From Macrostomum lignano (lineage: Eukaryota), in NCBI GenBank assembly GCA_002269645.1, contig NIVC01001319.1, positions 197,775-261,774 on the forward strand: 64,000 bases of DNA. The letters run 5' to 3'. Position 1 is the first letter of the stretch, and each line of letters opens with the position of its first letter. The notes under the pieces are model-generated. The model was not told where the DNA came from and did no database searches. It saw only the letters and a list, made by a program, of their open reading frames with translations. Shown piece after piece: positions 60,701 through 64,000 of the stretch. The translations under genes were made by a program, and so were the position numbers.

Positions 60701-61927
60701 GCAGACATAACAAAATCCCTTCCTTAATCTGCACAAATGCACCGGTAATTACCATGAACTTCTGGATTGGCCCACGTATTAGAGTGGAAGAAATCTACCA
60801 GGGACATACAAAGCAGCGAAATGTCCATTTCAACCTTGGCTTATCGAGTGCAGTAATCCTTGGTTTGCCAAGTGCAGTAATCCTTGGTTTATTAATAGCA
60901 ATAATCCATGGCTTATCGAGTGTAGTAATCCTTGGTTTATTAATATCAATAATCCTTGGCTTAACGAGTGCAGTAATCCTTGGTTTATTAATAGCAATAA
61001 TCCTTGGCTTATCGAGTGCAGTAATCCTTGGTTTATTAATAGCAATAATCCTTGGCTTATCGAGTGCAGTAATCCTTGGTTTATTAATAGCAATAATCCT
61101 TGGCTTATCGAGTGCAGTAATCCTTGGTTTGCCAAGTGCAGTAATCCTTGGTTTATTAATAGCAATAATCCATGGCTTATCGAGTGCAGTAATCCTTGGT
61201 TTATTAATATGAATAATCCTTGGCTTATCGAGTGCAGTAATCCTTGGTTTATTAATAGCAATAATCCTTGGCTTATCCAGTGCAGTAATCCTTGGTTTAT
61301 TAAGAGCAATAATCCTTGGCTTATGGAGTGCAGTAATCTAAGTGTTTTTATTTAGCTTTGAATAAAAAAAAGCTTTTAATAAAAAAATTTACACTACTAC
61401 TTTTAAACTACTTAGATTCGAACCCAGGTTGCTGCATTAGCAGTCTGGTCTGTTCAGCTCTAGGCTAGCTCTCATCGAAGTTATCAGTGAATTTGTACCA
61501 CTTATATAATTCAACACTCACACAAAGTCAGGTAGAGTAAAAAGTCACGAAGCAGTTATGACATAATCAATTTCTTAGGCAAGTCAGTACCAGTCTCTAT
61601 AAAAGTTAACAATATGGTTACGCAATATAAATTGAGTACTGTGCTATGCTTTCACACTCAACGCTGTGACGCAATTCAATTGAGTGTCTTGTGTATTGTG
61701 ATGCAATCTATTTTAGAATCAGAATTCAACCAGTCAGATTTTCTGCTTAGCATTCTTACAATGCATTTCGATGCTTGACCTTTGCAAAAAAGCATGTTTT
61801 TCGAATATTTAATCCATTTAGCATCGAGTAATTTCTTAGCCATGATGCATGTACCGTCACGGAAAAATTTCTGATCGAACAGTGCAAGTTCGAAGAAAAT
61901 CGGTTGAGCCGTTTTTGCTAAATTCGA

Positions 61928-61981
<54 letters not shown>

Positions 61982-64000
61982 CGACAGACCATTTCTAGTA
62001 TATGGACTAGCAATCTAGTGCGGCCCCCCGTTCGGGGCGCCCAATAAGAACGAAGCAAAAATAGTTTATGGAAATCAATGAAAAAGCACATTTTCTTAAA
62101 AACTAAGTCCTTCATCACTTTTAAAAATCACCTTATTCATTTAAAATTGTCATGGACAATAATATTCGCTATGAATCTCTTTTTTTCTAAAATTAACAAA
62201 CAGACAAGAAAATATAGCTTTCACAAAGATCACAGTCATTACCCCTAAATAGAAAATATTCCCAAGACAGCAAGCATCCCCCCAGTAGCAAGCACCCTCC
62301 TCCAAAAGTAAACAACCGCAGATAGCAAGCATCCCCTAATACTCCTAGCAAGTATCCACCCAGATAGCAAGCATCCCCTAATACTCCTAGCAAGCATCCA
62401 CCCAGATAGCAAGCATCTGCAGATAGCAAGCATCTGCAGATAGCAAGCATCCCCCAAATAGAAGCATCCCCCGGATAAAAGCATCCACCCAGATAGCAAG
62501 CATCCCCCAAATAATGTAGAAGCATCCTTCCAGATAGCAAGCATCCCCCAAATAATGTAGAAGCATCCTTCCAGATAGCAAGCATCCTGCACATAGCAAG
62601 AATTCCTAAATAGCAAGCATCCCTGGATAGAAATAATCCTATACATGTAGCCAAGCTTATCAAGCGCAGTAATCCTTGGCTATGGAGTGAAGTAATCCTT
62701 GGTTTATTAAGACCAATAATCTTTGGCTTATCGAGTGCAGTAATCCTTGGTTTATTAATAGTAATAATCCTTGGCTTCTCGAGTGCAGTAATCCTTGGTT
62801 CTCCAAGTGCAGTAATCATTGGTTTATTAATAGCAATAATCCTTGGCTTCTGGAGTGCAGTAATCCTTGGTTTTCCAAGTGCAGTAATCCTTGGTTTATT
62901 AAGAGAAATAATCCTTGGCTTATCGAGTGCAGTAATCCTTTGTTTTCCAATTGCAGTAATCCTTGGTTTATTCATAGCAATAATACTTGGCTTATCGAGT
63001 GCAGTAATCCTTAGTTTTCCAAGTGCAGTAATCCTTGGTTTATTAATAGCAATAATACTTGGCTTATCGAGTGCAGTAGTCATGGTTTATTAATAGCAAT
63101 AATCCTTGGCTTATAGAGTGCAGTAAATCCTTGGTTTGCCAAGAGCAATTGACCTTGGTTTATCGAGTGCATTAATCCTTGGTTTAATAATAGCAATAAT
63201 CCTTGGCTTATCGAGTGCAGTAATCCTTGGTTTATTAATAGCAATAATCCTTGGCTTCTTGAGTGCAGTAATCCTTGGTTTGCCAAGAGCAATTGACCTT
63301 GGTTATCGAGTGCATTAATCCTTGGTTTAATAATAGCAATAATCCTTGGCTTATCGAGTGCAGTAATCCTTGGTTTATTAATAGCAATAATCCTTGGCTT
63401 CTCGAGTGCAGTGATCCTTTGTTTATTAATAGCAATAATCCTTGGCTTCTCGAGTGCAGTAATCCTTGGTTTATTAATAGCAATAATCCTTGGCTTCTCG
63501 AGTGCAGTGATCCTTTGTTTATTAATAGCAATAATCCTTGGCTTCTCGAGTGCAGTAATCCTTGGTTTATTAAATAGCAATAATCCTTGATTAATCAAGT
63601 GCAGTAATCCTTGGTTTGCCAAGAGCAATAGTCCTTGGTTTATCGAGTGCAGTAATCCTTGGTTTATTAATAGCAATAATCCTTGGCTTCTCGAGTGCAG
63701 TAATCTTTGGTTTGCCAAGAGCAATAGTCCTTGGTTTATCGAGTGCAGTAATCTAAGTTTTGTTTTATTAAAGGACTAAATGTTCTATTAAAGGACTAAA
63801 TATTTATTAAAGCTTTAATAAAAAATTTTACACTACTACTTTTTAAACTACTTAGATTCGAAACCAGGTCGCTGCATTAGCAGTCTAGCTCTTCAGCTCT
63901 AGGCTAGCTCTCATCGAATTATCAGTGATTTGTACACTTATATAATTCAACACTCACACAAAGTCAGGTAGAGTAAAAAGTCACACGAAGCAGTTATGAA

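Larger units (their letters stand above)
36880..64000 (-). mobile_element. Head-to-tail array of non-autonomous Helitrons
   Basis: + strand junctions catttttagtatat(a/g)GA|CTAG (or variant)...ccccc-gggg at 36910/1, 40456/7, 44072/3, 47552/3, 51301/2, 51478/9, 51655/6, 54874/5, 58460/1 and 62006/7. On the minus strand these read hairpin-CTAG|TC, the canonical Helitron ends. Units share a ~350-bp module. No RepHel ORF was found. Confidence 0.85.

Noticed and set aside
40190-63724. Long repetitive ORFs (GDACYL, ALDKPRIT, INQGLLHL, FDMVAL types)
   Set aside because: They coincide exactly with the satellite arrays, are open in several frames and on both strands, and contain no domain motifs. They are artefacts of repeat periodicity.

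Overview
Eukaryotic, repeat-dominated window with no recognisable intact host gene; the host taxon cannot be determined from the sequence. Bases 7355-26603 form a 19.2-kb element with Polinton/Maverick-type ends (AGTAGT termini, ~445-bp TIRs, 6-bp TSD TATAAG). It carries a PC4-like gene, an ISL2EU-like transposase C-terminus fused to a USP deubiquitinase domain, and orphan ORFs. Nested inside it, within an LTR-like repeat, is a second 8.6-kb Polinton/adintovirus-like element (9242-17883; AGTAGT termini, ~300-bp self-palindromic TIRs, 6-bp TSD AAGGTG; the empty site is visible at 32690-32695). The inner element encodes a penton, packaging ATPase, major capsid protein, a restriction-endonuclease-like gene, a PLA2-integrase fusion and four paralogous small ORFs. 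Neither element shows a pPolB or adenain protease, and several inner genes are decayed. The most striking feature is a 309-nt group I intron (IC1-like, full P1-P9 core with covarying P7) that interrupts the PLA2 Ca-loop of the PLA2-integrase gene. About 2.2-6.9 kb and 36.9-64 kb consist of head-to-tail non-autonomous Helitrons (TC...hairpin-CTAG). Most units carry a tRNA-like A/B-box cassette followed by a different 20-30-bp satellite array. Nearly all long ORFs in these regions are repeat-translation artefacts.
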